Shown one piece after another: positions 1 through 12,744 of a DNA stretch of 52,954 nt (its first letter is position 1; each line of letters begins with the position of its first letter). This stretch comes from Octopus bimaculoides (taxonomy: Eukaryota). The DNA lies in contig NC_068989.1 of assembly GCF_001194135.2 (NCBI RefSeq), positions 37,470,949 through 37,523,902 on the forward strand, written 5' to 3'. Below the pieces are notes generated by a model. That model was not told the DNA's origin. It made no database searches and saw only the letters and a list, made by a program, of their open reading frames with translations. The position numbers and the translations under genes were made by a program.

Positions 1-48
<48 letters not shown>
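1..48. repeat. (AG)n microsatellite
   Basis: Pure AG dinucleotide run at the window start. Confidence 0.98.
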
Positions 49-54
<6 letters not shown>

Positions 55-112
55 CGAACAAACAACAGTATCTATCAACGCACTTAGATGTACATGTATT
101 TAATTAGCTCAG

Positions 113-163
113 CTGAATAAGTTTTCACGGACATTGTATGTCTCCACCTCATCAGACATTCGG
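113..163 (-). ncRNA. Degenerate hammerhead-like motif (possible pLTR remnant)
   Basis: Minus strand reads gaatgt-CTGATGA-ggtgga-gacat/aca/atgtc-cgt-GAAA-actta-ttcag. Core words and a helix II hairpin are present; helices I and III are imperfect. Confidence 0.3.
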
Positions 164-880
164 AGAAAAAATGTTTCTGAAAAGAAGTCAACATAATATC
201 TAAGTATATTGTTTAACTACCTCTAAGTGGATGCAATACTATGAACAAAAACATCAAATCTCTTTATTTCTAATCCCTCATTATACAGGTAAAATTTTGG
301 TGACATTTTACAGCAGGTTGCAGTTTCGCAATTCAGCGACATCAGTTCCTTATACTTGATACCATATCAAGTACAAGACAAGATCATACATGATTCTGTG
401 CAGTCTGAATGCTTTAGCAACTGCAGTCATCATATGGGAATAGCCAGGGTACGTGATCGACGTGAGTGGATTGTGTGCTATAGAAACAACAGCTATTATA
501 TACCGCGCCCTTCTGTGTGGTTTAGTTGACCGATGGTGGTGTATCCAGGTGATATGCAGGAAGAGGATTTAAGTTAATTGACAAGACGTAACTCCTGTGA
601 CAGCGATAATACGGTACACTCCTCCTACTGATGTGTTCGTGAATACTACTAGCAAGTTGAGTATGTGCAGTATGTGTCTGCACACACATACACACACACA
701 CAGGTATATATATATATATATATATATATATNNNNNNNNNNNNNNNNNNNNNNNNNNNNNNNNNNNNNNNNNNNNNNNNNNNNNNNNNNNNNNNNNNNNN
801 NNNNNNNNNNNNNNNNNNNNNNNNNNNTATATATAGTAGAATAAGAAATAGAAAGTCCTTGGTACAGAATTATATATTTA

Positions 881-1084
881 AAAAATGAATAGAAATGGCT
901 TTTCTGATAATTTTTCCATTTTAATAATGAGATATTTATAAGTTATTAGGTGTTTACAAAAGTGACCCTGCTAGGAGTTTCCCCCTTAAAAACGGTTAGT
1001 CACATTTGTAAACACTTAATAACTTATAAACATCTAATTATTAGAATGGAAAACTTTTCAGAACAGTCTTTTCTATTCATTTTT
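881..1084. mobile_element. Foldback MITE-like element
   Basis: Arm 881-967 (aaaaatgaatagaaa...tttataagttattaggtgtttacaaaagtgac) is the imperfect reverse complement of ~995-1084, with a short spacer. Confidence 0.75.
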
Positions 1085-1199
1085 GCGAAGATATTTATGT
1101 ATGTATGTATTATGTATGTATGTATGTATGTATTACAGAAGAAACTATCCTCGACATGAACTGCCTTTATTCAATCATACTTTTATAACTCTTATTCTA

Positions 1200-3185
1200 G
1201 AAAACGTGAAAGAAACTGAATATATGACATCAGACCAAAAAACACAATCAAAATAACACACCATTTTTAATCTAAGAAGAGAGCTTTCAAGACACTCGGT
1301 GTAACAAAACAGTGGTAAGAAGCCTAACATAATAAATCTTCCCAAATTAAATTTCTCAAAAGGACAAATCAAAATTCTTTCAAAAGGTCTAAAATTGACC
1401 CCGACACCACAGTATCCTAACCTCAACTCATGGAAGTACGAAATAGCATCTCAGTTTTTTCGATAAAGAAAACACTGATTATCTCATTGTACAAAGCAAA
1501 AAGTATTACAATCCAACAAAAGAAGAAAAAGCACTGGACAAATTTTGTGACCTTCACTTACAATGAACTTTCACTTTCTAAACTGAAGTCCAGCACATGT
1601 CGAAAAGAATGACCTAAACACAATTATAATTTAGACATAAAAGCTTATAAGGGAAGTGCTGTAGACACAACGGCAGTGGAACAATATAAAAATGCTGCTA
1701 TAAAATAGCAAACAACTACCAACAAGCAAAATCAATGTGTAAACTTAACACACTTATAAGTCAACCTGGAAAATGCTTACTTATGAAACAAATTTATTAT
1801 CTAACAAACTTTATATCCAAAATTAGTTTCTTCTACGGATTTCCTAAAATCCAGAAAAATAAAAGAATAGAAGCAATAGCTTTTTGGCTAAGAAAATTCT
1901 CTAATGAAATTCCGGACCGAATTGGTAAATAATTCATCACAGAGAGTTTAAAATTTATCCTTCAAAACAACTTCGCCATAATGTAAATAATGTGAATAAC
2001 TTCGCCATTTTCCAGAAAAATGCATAGTAAAAATATCTGGGACTGCAATCGGTACAAAAGCTTCCTCAACATACGATAGCTTAGACATGGTATACATAGA
2101 AGTCCAGGTGTGTGAACAAGTCAAAACAAAGTACAGGATCGACTTCGAAAATAGTCTGGCAAAGACTTGGAAACGATACTTAGATGACGGCCTTCTTCTT
2201 TGGAAATACAGTCTAGATGAACTCAATGATTTCAACTTCTTACTCTATAACATCGATAGCAGTGTTCAGTTCACAACGGAATTTAACCATAACAAACTAC
2301 CTTTTCTTAAACATTTTGATTATGAATGGCATGAACATAGAAATTAACTTCTACTACAAACCAATGGTCTCTAAACAGTACCTACAAATCACTTCGTACC
2401 ACCCAAAACATACCAAATCAAATATTCTATTTAACTAGTTAGAACAATCTAAATAACTGTCTCCAATCCGGAAGTTCAGAATAAAAGACTCCTTGAACTT
2501 AAACAGGCAGTGCTTGAAAAAATTACCTACCCATGTGCCAAAGCTATAGATAATGGAGAATTACGAAAAGTCAAACAGTTCAGGTACATCCAAGCTTTAT
2601 CTTTAATTACAACACACAACCCAAGATACATAGAAACATTCAGCATTATTCATCAGGGCATACATTTATTTGGCCAAGACCCAAGAATGAAAAAGACACT
2701 TGAATTATATAAAATAGTCAGATACAAAAGACAACCGAAGTCCTTAAAAACTACATACCAACGCGAAACTACTAACTACCAACAGCTAAAAAGTGTGGCC
2801 CATCGAATTGTGGAACTTGTAACAACTTTATTGAGGATAGAACTTATAAATCTAAATCGGAACAAGTTTTTATTGTGTAAAACCATTTTATTTGTTCTTC
2901 AAGAAATTTAATTCATGCCATCAAATGCAATAGATGCAGGGAAGCTTTCATTGGACAAACAAAACTCACTTTAAAAATAAGATTAACAGTTCATCGTCAA
3001 CAAATATGAGATCCGAGAACTAGGCAAATTCCATTTAGCGAACATCTGGACATATGCGAAAAGACAAAATCGCCTAAATTTCTTCTTTTCACAGACTATC
3101 AATATACAGACTATAGTACAAATAAAACAAGAATAAATAAAGGAAATTCGTTTTTTAAAAGATACTAACCACATCTGAAGCAGTT
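1200..3185 (+). mobile_element. Decayed Penelope-like retroelement (Neptune-like): RT + GIY-YIG endonuclease
   Basis: N-terminal IINL...ILSKGLKLTPTP (~1326-1410); RT motifs GTAIGTKASSTY (2039), WKRYLDD (2168-2188), YYKP...HPKHTKSNI; Cys-rich GIY-YIG CGPSNCGTC...CSSRNLIHAIKCNRCREAFIGQTK...RLTVHRQQI (~2790-3000). Many stops and frameshifts. Confidence 0.92.
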
Positions 3186-3811
3186 TATAAAAGCATCAGT
3201 AATACACGATTTCCCTCTTCCTATGAATGAATTATTGTAGAAATATATTACCAATGTCTACTTGTGCTCGTTCTTAAGAAAATCAAATTTCATGTAGCTG
3301 CTATCATCTGACTTATTTACCCCACATCTCATTATCTTACTTCACACGTTGTTAACAAAGAAGGAATGTAGTTTTAACACGTTCAATAAGAATGAACTAG
3401 CACTAATTGATAACATTACTGTTCGGAAGAATAATAGACAATAATTATCTATAACACTTTTATGTAAACAATTATTAAATTTTTAATTAAAGTCATTTCA
3501 TTTATTATTCCTAATATAAAACGTTAACGGATAGAGTTCTGAGCTATATTCGTTCTTTAGAGACAAGCACTTTTTTTTTATAACAGCGGCACAACTTGCT
3601 CCATATATCGTACACAGTTCGCCCCATATAGGGTACACAGCTTGCTCCATATACCGACCCTTTTGAAAATCTAATGTGAAACCAGTCACATGTATTCCCA
3701 TATTTTAAAATCTAATCAAATTCTAATTAATTCTAATATATTATCAGTGCATTTTCAACTTCATTTCTGTTATACAGCCACTTGTTTGGATTAATGCCGA
3801 TTTGTATATAT

Positions 3812-3984
3812 TTTGTTTCAGTAATTAGACTGCGACCATGCTGGGGCACCGCCTTCAAGGCTTTTTAGTCGAATGAAATCGACCACGGTACTTAATTTTT
3901 AACCGCTTCTTTGCCGAACCGCTAAGTTACGGGGCCGTAAAACACTAACATCGGTTGTTAAGCGGTGATGGTGAGGGGACAAAT

Positions 3985-3990
<6 letters not shown>
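3812..3990 (-). mobile_element. SINE family A, 3' half, followed by (CA)n/(TA)n
   Basis: Matches copies at 16277 and 35691 (gactgcg.ccatgctgg.gcacc...gccgaaccgctaagttacgggg...tcggttgt.aagcg). Confidence 0.85.
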
Positions 3991-4061
<71 letters not shown>

Positions 4062-4660
4062 NNNNNNNNNNNNNNNNNNNNNNNNNNNNNNNNNNNNNNN
4101 NNNNNNNNNNNNNNNNNNNNNNNNNNNNNNNNNNNNNNNNNNNNNNNNNNNNNNNNNNNNNNNNNNNNNNNNNNNNNNNNNNNNNNNNTATATTTATATA
4201 TTGAGAGAGAGAGAGAGAGATACACACACACTGCTGAGAGATACGCACTCATGCGGCTGAGTTGATAGAAATAAAGAATAAACATTTGGAGGCAATCCGC
4301 ATTGTTCCCCCACTTTTCTGATTTCTTATCAATTTCCGTAAATTAAGCATTTTTCAATATACTTTTTCTTTCTTTGGATATCAACGTTTGAAGCCTCAAC
4401 ATTACGTAGCTTATTTCTGCAAAATATCATTTAAAAATATACATGTTAAAACTAGGTAGGAAAACTGAAAACCAATGTAGTTGAGACCATCAGAGACGGA
4501 AGTGGCAGTAGATATCGCGTTATACTCAGTCCAAGAAACAGATTACCAAACATCCGGTACCTAAACAGCAGCAATTTGTAGCGCCACTTCGCTGTGGCTG
4601 CTGTGGAACTGTGTATTACAAACGCTCGTACAAAATGTAAAAGGAGGACAGAAAGAATCT

Positions 4661-4828
4661 CGTTCCCGTAACTTAGAAGTTCAGCAAAACTGAAAGATAA
4701 AATAAGTAGCGGGCTTAAAAAGAAAATAAGTACTGGGGTCAATTAGTTCGACTAAAATTCCTTAAGGCAGTGCCCCAGCATGGCTGCAGTCTAATAACTG
4801 AAGCAAGCAAGAAATGAAAAAGATAAAA
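4661..4828 (+). mobile_element. SINE family A, 3' end
   Basis: cccgtaacttag...aataagtactggggtc...ccccagcatggctgcagtc...gaagcaag, as in other copies. Confidence 0.8.
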
Positions 4829-5064
4829 TAACTAGAGCAGAGGGTGAATGATAATAAGTTCTACAAAACATCGATGACCTCCTACCACAACAATTAACGA
4901 AGAAAATGAAGACGAGAAGGAAGAACAGATTCAGCGTCTTTCGAAAATCAAACAACTTACAGATGAAATCATGCAGCTGTCGTATCATGGAAATTCCCAT
5001 GTAGTAAAAATAACACAGGTTCAATTAGGTCCGAAATATAAGCAACATTCAAAAGATAAATTAT

Positions 5065-5458
5065 CTTTTATCATTTGCTTGTTTTAGACATTGGACTGCA
5101 GCCATGCTGGGGTTCAGCTTTTTGTCTTTAAAGGTTTAGTCGAACAAATCGATCCCAGTAGTTTTGCTTATTTTTAAAGTTTGGTATTCATTCTATCGGT
5201 CTGTTTTTGCTGAAACGCTACATTCTAGGGGACATAAACAAACCAGCATAAGCTCTCAATGAGTGACGGGAGACAAACAAGCACATACATATATAAATAT
5301 ATATATCGAGCTTGTCTCGGTTTCCTTCTACCAAATCCATTCACAAAGCTTTGGCTGACCTGGGGCTATAATAGAAGACACTTGTCCAAAGTGCCATGCA
5401 ATTGGACTGAAACTGAAACCAAGTGGCTGGAAAGCAAACTTCTTATCACACAGCCACG
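5065..5458 (-). mobile_element. SINE family A, near full length, head interrupted by another SINE
   Basis: 3' tail, short internal microsatellite, core and tRNA-like head ending cacacagccacg; the remainder of the head (cct) resumes at 5861. Confidence 0.85.
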
Positions 5459-5848
5459 TTGTTGTTGTTGTTGGCACTCTGTCGCTTACGACGTCGAGGG
5501 TTCCCGTTGATCAACGGAACAGCCTGCTCGTGAAATTAACGTGCAAGTGACTGAGCACTCCACACACACGTGTACCCTTAACGTAGTTCTCGGAGATATT
5601 CAGCGTGACACAGAATGTAACAAGGCTGACCCTTTGAATTACAGGCACAACAGAAACAGGAAGATAGAGTGAGAGAAAGTTGTGGTGAAAGAGTACAGCA
5701 GAGTTCGCCACCATCCCCTGCCGGATTCTCGTGGAGCTTTTAGGTGTTTTTGCTCAATAAACACTCACAACGCCCGGTCTGGGGATCGAAACTGCGATCC
5801 TAAGACAGCGAGTCCGCTACCCTAACCACTGGGCCATTACGCCTCCAA
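5459..5848 (-). mobile_element. tRNA-derived SINE family B with (AAC)n tail, nested with 12-bp TSD
   Basis: Minus strand head ggaggcgtaatggcccagtggttaggg (A box) and gtttcgatcccc (B box-like); (aac)n tail; cacacagccacg duplicated at 5447-5458 and 5849-5860. Confidence 0.88.
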
Positions 5849-6502
5849 CACACAGCCACGCCTTTGCCACAATACAAACTTACTCTGAAGGTGCTGGAGC
5901 TTTTCAACCCCAATTAACGAAAGAAAAAATTTAAACGCTGCTTCCGAGTGCACAAGATATCAATCGGCTGAAATGATAGGCGAGAAGAGATGTGGGTTTC
6001 TCTGACCAAGCTAGTCTGTAATTTATCATTTTTATTACTTTTTATTATATATTGTTTTTAATTAGTCTGTACGGCATGGCATTTTTATCTATATTTTTTT
6101 TACTCGCACATATTTGTGCCTTAAAATTCCAATTCGACATTTATGTATTGTATAAATTTCTTCTTTCCTCTCCTCTTTTTCTAATTTGTCCGTCCCTTCT
6201 CCACACGAGATATTTTGTAAAACTTCTAGCTTAATATCTCCGTATATTTTACGTATTTATAGAGCACTGGGGGCTAATAAAATAAATTCATCACCATCAT
6301 CAACTTCGCCATCTTGATTATATTTTAATTCATATCTATTCTTATTTCAGAAGTCTCATATATTATAACTTGTGCGCTATGTTGTATCTGCCTTTTTATA
6401 TTTGCATACACATTTTCGTTTCTCTCTCTCTCTCCCCCCTCTCTCTCTCTCTCTCACCATCCTTCCTCCTCTCTCACTCTTTTCTCTATATATGTATGCA
6501 CT

Positions 6503-6561
<59 letters not shown>

Positions 6562-6744
6562 GTATAGATACAAACAAACCCACAAACACACACACACAAG
6601 CACGCACATACACCAACCACACATATATACATAGATACATACATAATATACATGGAAACACACACACACATATACATATGCATACATACATACATACATA
6701 CATACATACATACATACATACATACATACAAATATACATATACA

Positions 6745-6796
<52 letters not shown>

Positions 6797-6822
6797 GAAA
6801 AGGGCAAGTCGAGTTGGATTAA

Positions 6823-6912
6823 AGAAAATCAATAAATTTGGAAGACATGAAATCAATAAATTCTGTAAAGATAGAAAAATCGATAAATTTGAAGATAGAA
6901 ATGAATAAATTA
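6823..6912. repeat. Degenerate ~24-bp minisatellite, about 4 units
   Basis: Repeated gaaa(a)tc(a/g)ataaatt...aagata units. Confidence 0.6.
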
Positions 6913-7460
6913 ACTGGTTTTGTAGTCTAGAGAATTTGTGGTGGGGGGAGATTTTTTAAAAAGATGTTGACATTGCAGGGTGTAATATTTGAAAAAAAAA
7001 AAAAAAATTTTCAGGCGCCACTCATCTGAAATTATCTGAAATTATCATATCATATCAAATGTATCCATTATATTATACTTCAGCGCTGAATCAGAAGAAA
7101 GCTAGGAAAAATCGGTTGCAGCGTTTAGTTTTGTTCCTTTGTATTGTGGTATCAAAACAAGCCATAGTGAACTTCGTCTTCAAATCTTTTAGGGATCAAT
7201 AAAATTAAATATGATTAATATCCTGGGGTCAGTGTAATTGGCTGTTGTGCTGTGCTACTGCGCCCATGCTATAAAACAGTATTATATATATTCATTATTT
7301 AGAATTACATGAATTCAATACATACAAGTATATATATATGTATATATGTGTGTGTGTGTGTGTGTTTGTGTGTGTGTGTTTGTGTGTGTTTGTGTCTGTG
7401 TGTATGTGTGTGCGTGAGCGTATGTATCCCTGCGTGCGCGTGTGTTTGTGTCTGTCTATG

Positions 7461-7492
<32 letters not shown>

Positions 7493-7578
7493 GACACACA
7501 CACATATATATACATACATATGTATGTATGTATTTGTATGTATACATTTATATATGGATATGTACACACACACGCGCG

Positions 7579-7632
<54 letters not shown>

Positions 7633-7827
7633 CAGAGAGAGAGAGACAGACAGACAGATAAACAGAGATAAGTTGATACATACATATCTATATATACACG
7701 CATACGTGCCTCTATATACATACTAATGAGTACTATAAATACTATAGGTATAATTAGTGCTACGTGTAGGACAATTCGACGCAGTTAGCACTATGTACTG
7801 TACAATGGCAGTATAGGTACTTGTATA

Positions 7828-8040
7828 AGGCAGCGACTGGCAGAAACGTTAGCACGCCGGGCGAAATGTTTCGCAGTATTTCGTTTGTTTTTACATTCGG
7901 AGTTGAAATTCCGCCGAGGTCGACTTTGCCTTTCATCCTTTCGGGGTCGATAAAATTAAGTACCAGTTGCGTACTGGGTTGATCTAATCGACTGGCTCCC
8001 TCCCCACAAAATTTCGGGCCTTGTGCCTAGAGTAGAAAAG
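7828..8040 (+). mobile_element. tRNA-derived SINE family C, full length
   Basis: aggcagcgactggcagaaacgttagc...gagttgaaattccgcc (B box-like)...gtcgactttgcctttcatcctttcggggtcgataa...ttgtgcctagagtagaaaag; six further copies in the window. Confidence 0.85.
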
Positions 8041-8394
8041 AGTATAGGTGATAGTATGTGAATTACTATAAATGTTACTGAGGGTGACGTAATTCTTGAG
8101 GTAAGCAAGATTCTTGATTAGCAGTAGTCTTTTCAAAACGCTCGAATGCAATGTAGCTTTCATTCCAGTCATATCCTATTATCTTGGTTTAGCTAGTTGA
8201 CACTTCTCGTTTGCTATATTTTCTTCTCATTCTTTGGAAAGGGGTACAAGCAATACCAAGGACCAAATCTTCAGTAACAGCACAGCGATTCAAGTTGGTG
8301 CAGCGCCTAAGTATTGATGAACGATATGTTGATTGCTTCTGCAGATTCCCGCAGTTCCACTGTAAGATAGCTTGAATTTTTTTAGTTTTCTTGG

Positions 8395-8539
8395 TATTGT
8401 GATAGTTAACGATATTGTTGATGGTGATGATGTGTTAACGCTGCTGGTGCTGTTCATTATTGTGGTGGTGATGGTAGTGGTGGTGGTGGTAGTGGTAATG
8501 ATAATGATAATAAAGATAATTGTGATGATGGTAGTAGTA

Positions 8540-8578
<39 letters not shown>

Positions 8579-8830
8579 GCAGTGGTGGTGGTTGTGAAGG
8601 TGATTGTGATGGTGGTTATGATGGTGGATATGATGGTGCCGACGATGATGATGGGAATAATGGTAAGGACGAACAAATAGCAATTTTGTTGGCGATGCTG
8701 GTGACGTAGTGACGCAGTTTTGTGATGTTTCATTTCATGTTTTGGGAGTCATGACAACAACTTCACCACTATCAACTTCATCGCCATCAATACTTTCACC
8801 ATCTAAACCAACCTCTGACGCCACCTTATT
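8395..8830. repeat. Trinucleotide low-complexity tract (GAT/GGT/GTA)n
   Basis: Runs of gat and ggt triplets, which generate the poly-M/I/H pseudo-ORFs. Confidence 0.9.
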
Positions 8831-8890
8831 CACTCAATTCCTTATCCATTTCATAATATGTGCATGTGTGTGCGTGTGTATGCGTGTTTA

Positions 8891-8927
<37 letters not shown>

Positions 8928-9286
8928 CATACATACATACATGTAGGTACATAAATACATACAAATACTCATAAACACAGACGCACGTATCAATGCACAC
9001 ACATATTTCTATATCAGCTGTGCAAATTCCTCGTTGAATATCCTGTTACCACTCAAAGTAGTACCAGAAGACTTTTCTTATGTACTGCCCTTAGCGCAAT
9101 ATCATGCCTGCGAGGAATAGAAAGACAAACAACGATGACAAATATATTACTACATTGTCCAGTTGCACTAAAAGCAAAATGACATTTGAAATTATACAAA
9201 TGCATAAGTTGTGTTGTTTTGTCCTTAAGCAATAAACGCATACCGTAAGAAAAGTGTTTCAATGTATTCTACTTAGCAGCATAACA

Positions 9287-9337
<51 letters not shown>

Positions 9338-10172
9338 GTATGTACACATATGTATATGTGTGTGAGTGTGTGTGTATCTCAGTGTGTGTCTGTGTGTGGC
9401 AAATATATTACATCTTCATTTATATACAAGTGAAATGACATTTACAATTATATGTGTGCATTTTGGGCTTTATCCATAAGTAGATATAGCGTTACTGTCA
9501 AAAATTGAAGCGTAGTTCATGTTCTTGAAAATTTTATAAAATGGAGTGGGTAATGTTGACGAAGTAAGTAACGAAATCTTTAGAACATTGGACAAAAGGC
9601 TTTCGCATTTTAAAATCCATATCATCCATATCATCTATATCCATGGTTGATAAAATAATTATAAAAGAAGAAGAGCTGAAAGAGGAAGAGTTTATCTAAT
9701 AGAGGACTCATTATTTACAATCCGTTCCATTATGAAAGTGATTCAGTGCAATGAGAAATATATTACATATTTTCAAATAGAAGCACAAATTCACTTGTGA
9801 AGAAGTTCGCTCTTGCAACCATTTGATCTAAGGTTGGATCTCACAACATACCTTTTACTGTAACTTCGGATTGACTGACAAATATCATATACATAGAACT
9901 TAGGAGAGAAACTGTAACAAAGGGTATATATACTTATATATATATGTGTATGCGTGTATGTGTGTGTATGTATGTATACATATATGCACACACGCACATA
10001 TGTATATTTATGTGTGTGTGTGTATGTATATATATATATATATATATATATNNNNNNNNNNNNNNNNNNNNNNNNNNNNNNNNNNNNNNNNNNNNNNNNN
10101 NNNNNNNNNNNNNNNNNNNNNNNNNNNNNNNNNNNNNNNNNNNNNNNNNNNNNNNNNNNNNNNNNNNNNNNN

Positions 10173-10375
10173 ATAGTAAATCCCCCAAAAAGAAGAACAA
10201 ATACAAAAAAGCAACAACGCGATGACGTGGTACATGTAAAGTATTAACAGACGCTCAGGGAAGCAAGGAAATATGGTCCAACGTTTCGAGCAACGCTCTT
10301 CTTCGGAAAGAGAGGAAAGTCCACTAGACAGGAAGACGGAGGAAGAAAATCCCCAACGATTGACATGTGGTTACA
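10173..10375 (-). mobile_element. Solo PLE pLTR-like remnant ending toward (TA)n/gap
   Basis: Contains an HHR-like core; shares gagcgt..gctcgaaacgt and cc.gagcgtc...aatac with 42345-42537. Confidence 0.55.
10277..10310 (-). ncRNA. Minimal hammerhead-like motif, U4C variant
   Basis: Minus strand: ttt-CCGAAGA-a-GAGC-gtt-GCTC-GAAA-cg-TT-gga. Confidence 0.5.
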
Positions 10376-10472
10376 CATGCACGCACACACACACACACAC
10401 ACACGCACACACACACACACACATACACACACAAACATACACACACTCACATGCACAAACACACACATACTC

Positions 10473-11358
10473 AAGTGGTGCGATGGGTAAATTGTCGCCA
10501 TTATATATTTTTAATTTCGTGCATGCGCATTGTTTGTTTTTGATTTTGTCGACTTCACAGTATTGTAGGGTCAGTTGAGTACTATCTATAAGGAAAACAG
10601 CACCATGACGCAATTCACTCTGTCAGAAATTTGGAAAAGACATGTTATACTGCTTAGCATTCGCGCCGGAAGATCTAATACGAACATTTCAGAGTGTTTC
10701 AGTGTCAATCTGAGGACAGTGCAAACTGAGAACACGTAGCGAGAGTGATAAAAATCAAACATCCAGTCAACATCATGGTGTTTGGAGTAATCACTTGTGA
10801 TGGAGAGATTATGACTCCATTAATCTTCCCACGCAGCTTTAGACTAAACACAGAAGCCTACATCAAGTGCCTGGAAGAGGCATTGCCACCCTGGATCAAG
10901 AGGGTGGCTGCTGGAAGAACCTATGTCTAGCAACAGGACTCTGCACCATACCACAGTAGTAGGCCCAGTCGTGGCTTACAGACAATTTCTGCAACTACAT
11001 CACCCCTAACATCTGGCCACCTAACTCACCAGACTGCAAACCCCTTGATTATTATATGTGGGACGCAGTTGAGCGAGAGACCAACTAAACTCCTTTTAAC
11101 ACCAAAGATGAACTGAAGGCAAGGATTCTGACAATATTCGCCTACTAAAACAAGGAGACCGTCCAGAAGAGTTGCAAGAGATTCCAAAGTCGTCTGGCGG
11201 CCGTGGTTAAAGCCTTTGGGGATTTTATTGAATAAATTTATTCTTTAGTATTTCAAGATATTTTTATGTCATTTTGGTAAATATATCTGTTAAAATGTGG
11301 CGTCAGTATTATTTTGCTGTTTGCGTAATTTAGACGACAGTTTATTCTCCGCACCATG
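10473..11358 (+). mobile_element. Internally deleted Tc1/mariner element (maT / DD37D-like)
   Basis: MTQFTLSEIWKRHVILLSIRAG N-terminus; KHPVNIMVFGVIT; QQDSAP; WPPNSPDCKPLDYYMW; C-terminal GDFIE*. Imperfect TIRs (tggtgcg..taaa.tgtcg), TA at the right end; first catalytic D region absent. Confidence 0.88.
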
Positions 11359-11382
11359 TATATATCTTTTTCGAAAAAATAG

Positions 11383-11667
11383 ACCTCAGGACTTATGTTT
11401 TTAAGCCTATTACTTATTCTGTCGGTTACTTTTACCGAAACGCTGGGTTATGAGGTCGCAAACACAACAACACCGGTTGTCAAGCGGTGGTAGGAGACAA
11501 ACGCAAACACATAGACACACACATAGATATATACATACGTGAGTGCACGCGCGCACACTCACATGCATACACATGTGTGTGTGTGTTTGTATATATGTAT
11601 ATATAAAAAATATATACACGATAAGCTTCTTTGAGTTTCTGCCTACCAAATCCACTCCGCCTGCGCC

Positions 11668-11668
<1 letters not shown>
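11383..11668 (-). mobile_element. SINE family A, truncated, with internally deleted head
   Basis: 3' half plus internal microsatellite plus gcttctttgagtttctgcctaccaaatccactc joined directly to cgcctgcgcc. Confidence 0.75.
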
Positions 11669-11706
<38 letters not shown>

Positions 11707-12202
11707 NNNNNNNNNNNNNNNNNNNNNNNNNNNNNNNNNNNNNNNNNNNNNNNNNNNNNNNNNNNNNNNNNNNNNNNNNNNNNNNNNNNNNNNNNNNNNN
11801 NNNNNNNNNNNNNNNNNNNNNNNNNNNATATATATAGGCGCACACACACGCACACGCACATGAAAATACCCACACACATATATGTGTGTGTGTGTGCCCT
11901 TCTCTGCATTTATGTTTACCCGTGTAAACCTCATGATGTATCAAAATATACAACTTTTCGATTCGATAATTATAGGTTGAAGCAAGTACACGGTTCAATA
12001 TAATTAAGTAAAAACCTTGAAAGCGGTGTCCCAGCATGGGCAGACTGGGATTCATAAAGGAATTGAATTAAAGAATACATATCACAAAATGTGCATTCAC
12101 AGGTGTAAAAATTATACATTCGCGAAATATGATCAGCTTTTTGTGTGCTATGTCAATTTTAATATAGCAAATAATAAAATAAGAGTTGATATTTAACTAA
12201 TA

Positions 12203-12735
12203 TATTGGGTCATACTATAAATAATGCGTTTTTTTATAATTCTTTTTTATATTTCAAAATTAAGAAAAATTAAGTTCTTTTTTAATCTAAAATATACTCT
12301 CCTACATTTTCTACAATGCGCTTCCATCTATCTGGTAGACTTGCATGGCCCCTCTTCCAAAATTCACTTGTTCGTGACGAAAAATACACCTCCAGTACTG
12401 TTCTGACTTCGTCTACAGAATTCATATTTTTTCCGTCCAAATGATCTTGAAGACTGCGGAATAAATTATTATCAGATGGGGTCGTTTTTCTTCTAGCGCT
12501 GACTTAAGCCGCTCAAGCTGCTCACAGTAGATCTCCTTTGTTATCGTTTGGTCCGGGTTTAAAAGTTCAAAGTGGACTAAACCTTTCATATCCCACAAAC
12601 AGATAACACCTCACATGGGTGAAGACCTTCTTTAGCCTGGGGTACCGGTGTTCTTTTTCTACCCATTGTTTTCGGCGCTTGATATTTCTATAGAGAACAC
12701 ATTTCTCGTCACCAGTCATTATTCGGTCGAAAACA
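12203..12735 (-). mobile_element. Mariner (DD34D-type) transposase 3' fragment with TIR
   Basis: FDRIMTGDEKCVLY; LWDMKGLVHFELLNPDQTITKEIYCEQLERLKSALEEKRP; PSDNNLFRSLQDHL...LPDRWKRIVENVGEYILD*; TA + tattgggt TIR at 12201-12230. Confidence 0.9.
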
Positions 12736-12744
12736 ATTCGCGAG

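Noticed and set aside
4830-5060. Acidic protein-like frame (INEENEDEKEEQIQRLSKIKQ...)
   Set aside because: Short, bounded by SINEs, and with no identifiable motif; cannot be assigned.
5790-5846. tRNA-like sequences at SINE heads (also 16600-16670 and 7828-7910)
   Set aside because: They have A/B boxes but continue into SINE cores with no complete cloverleaf; not tRNA genes.
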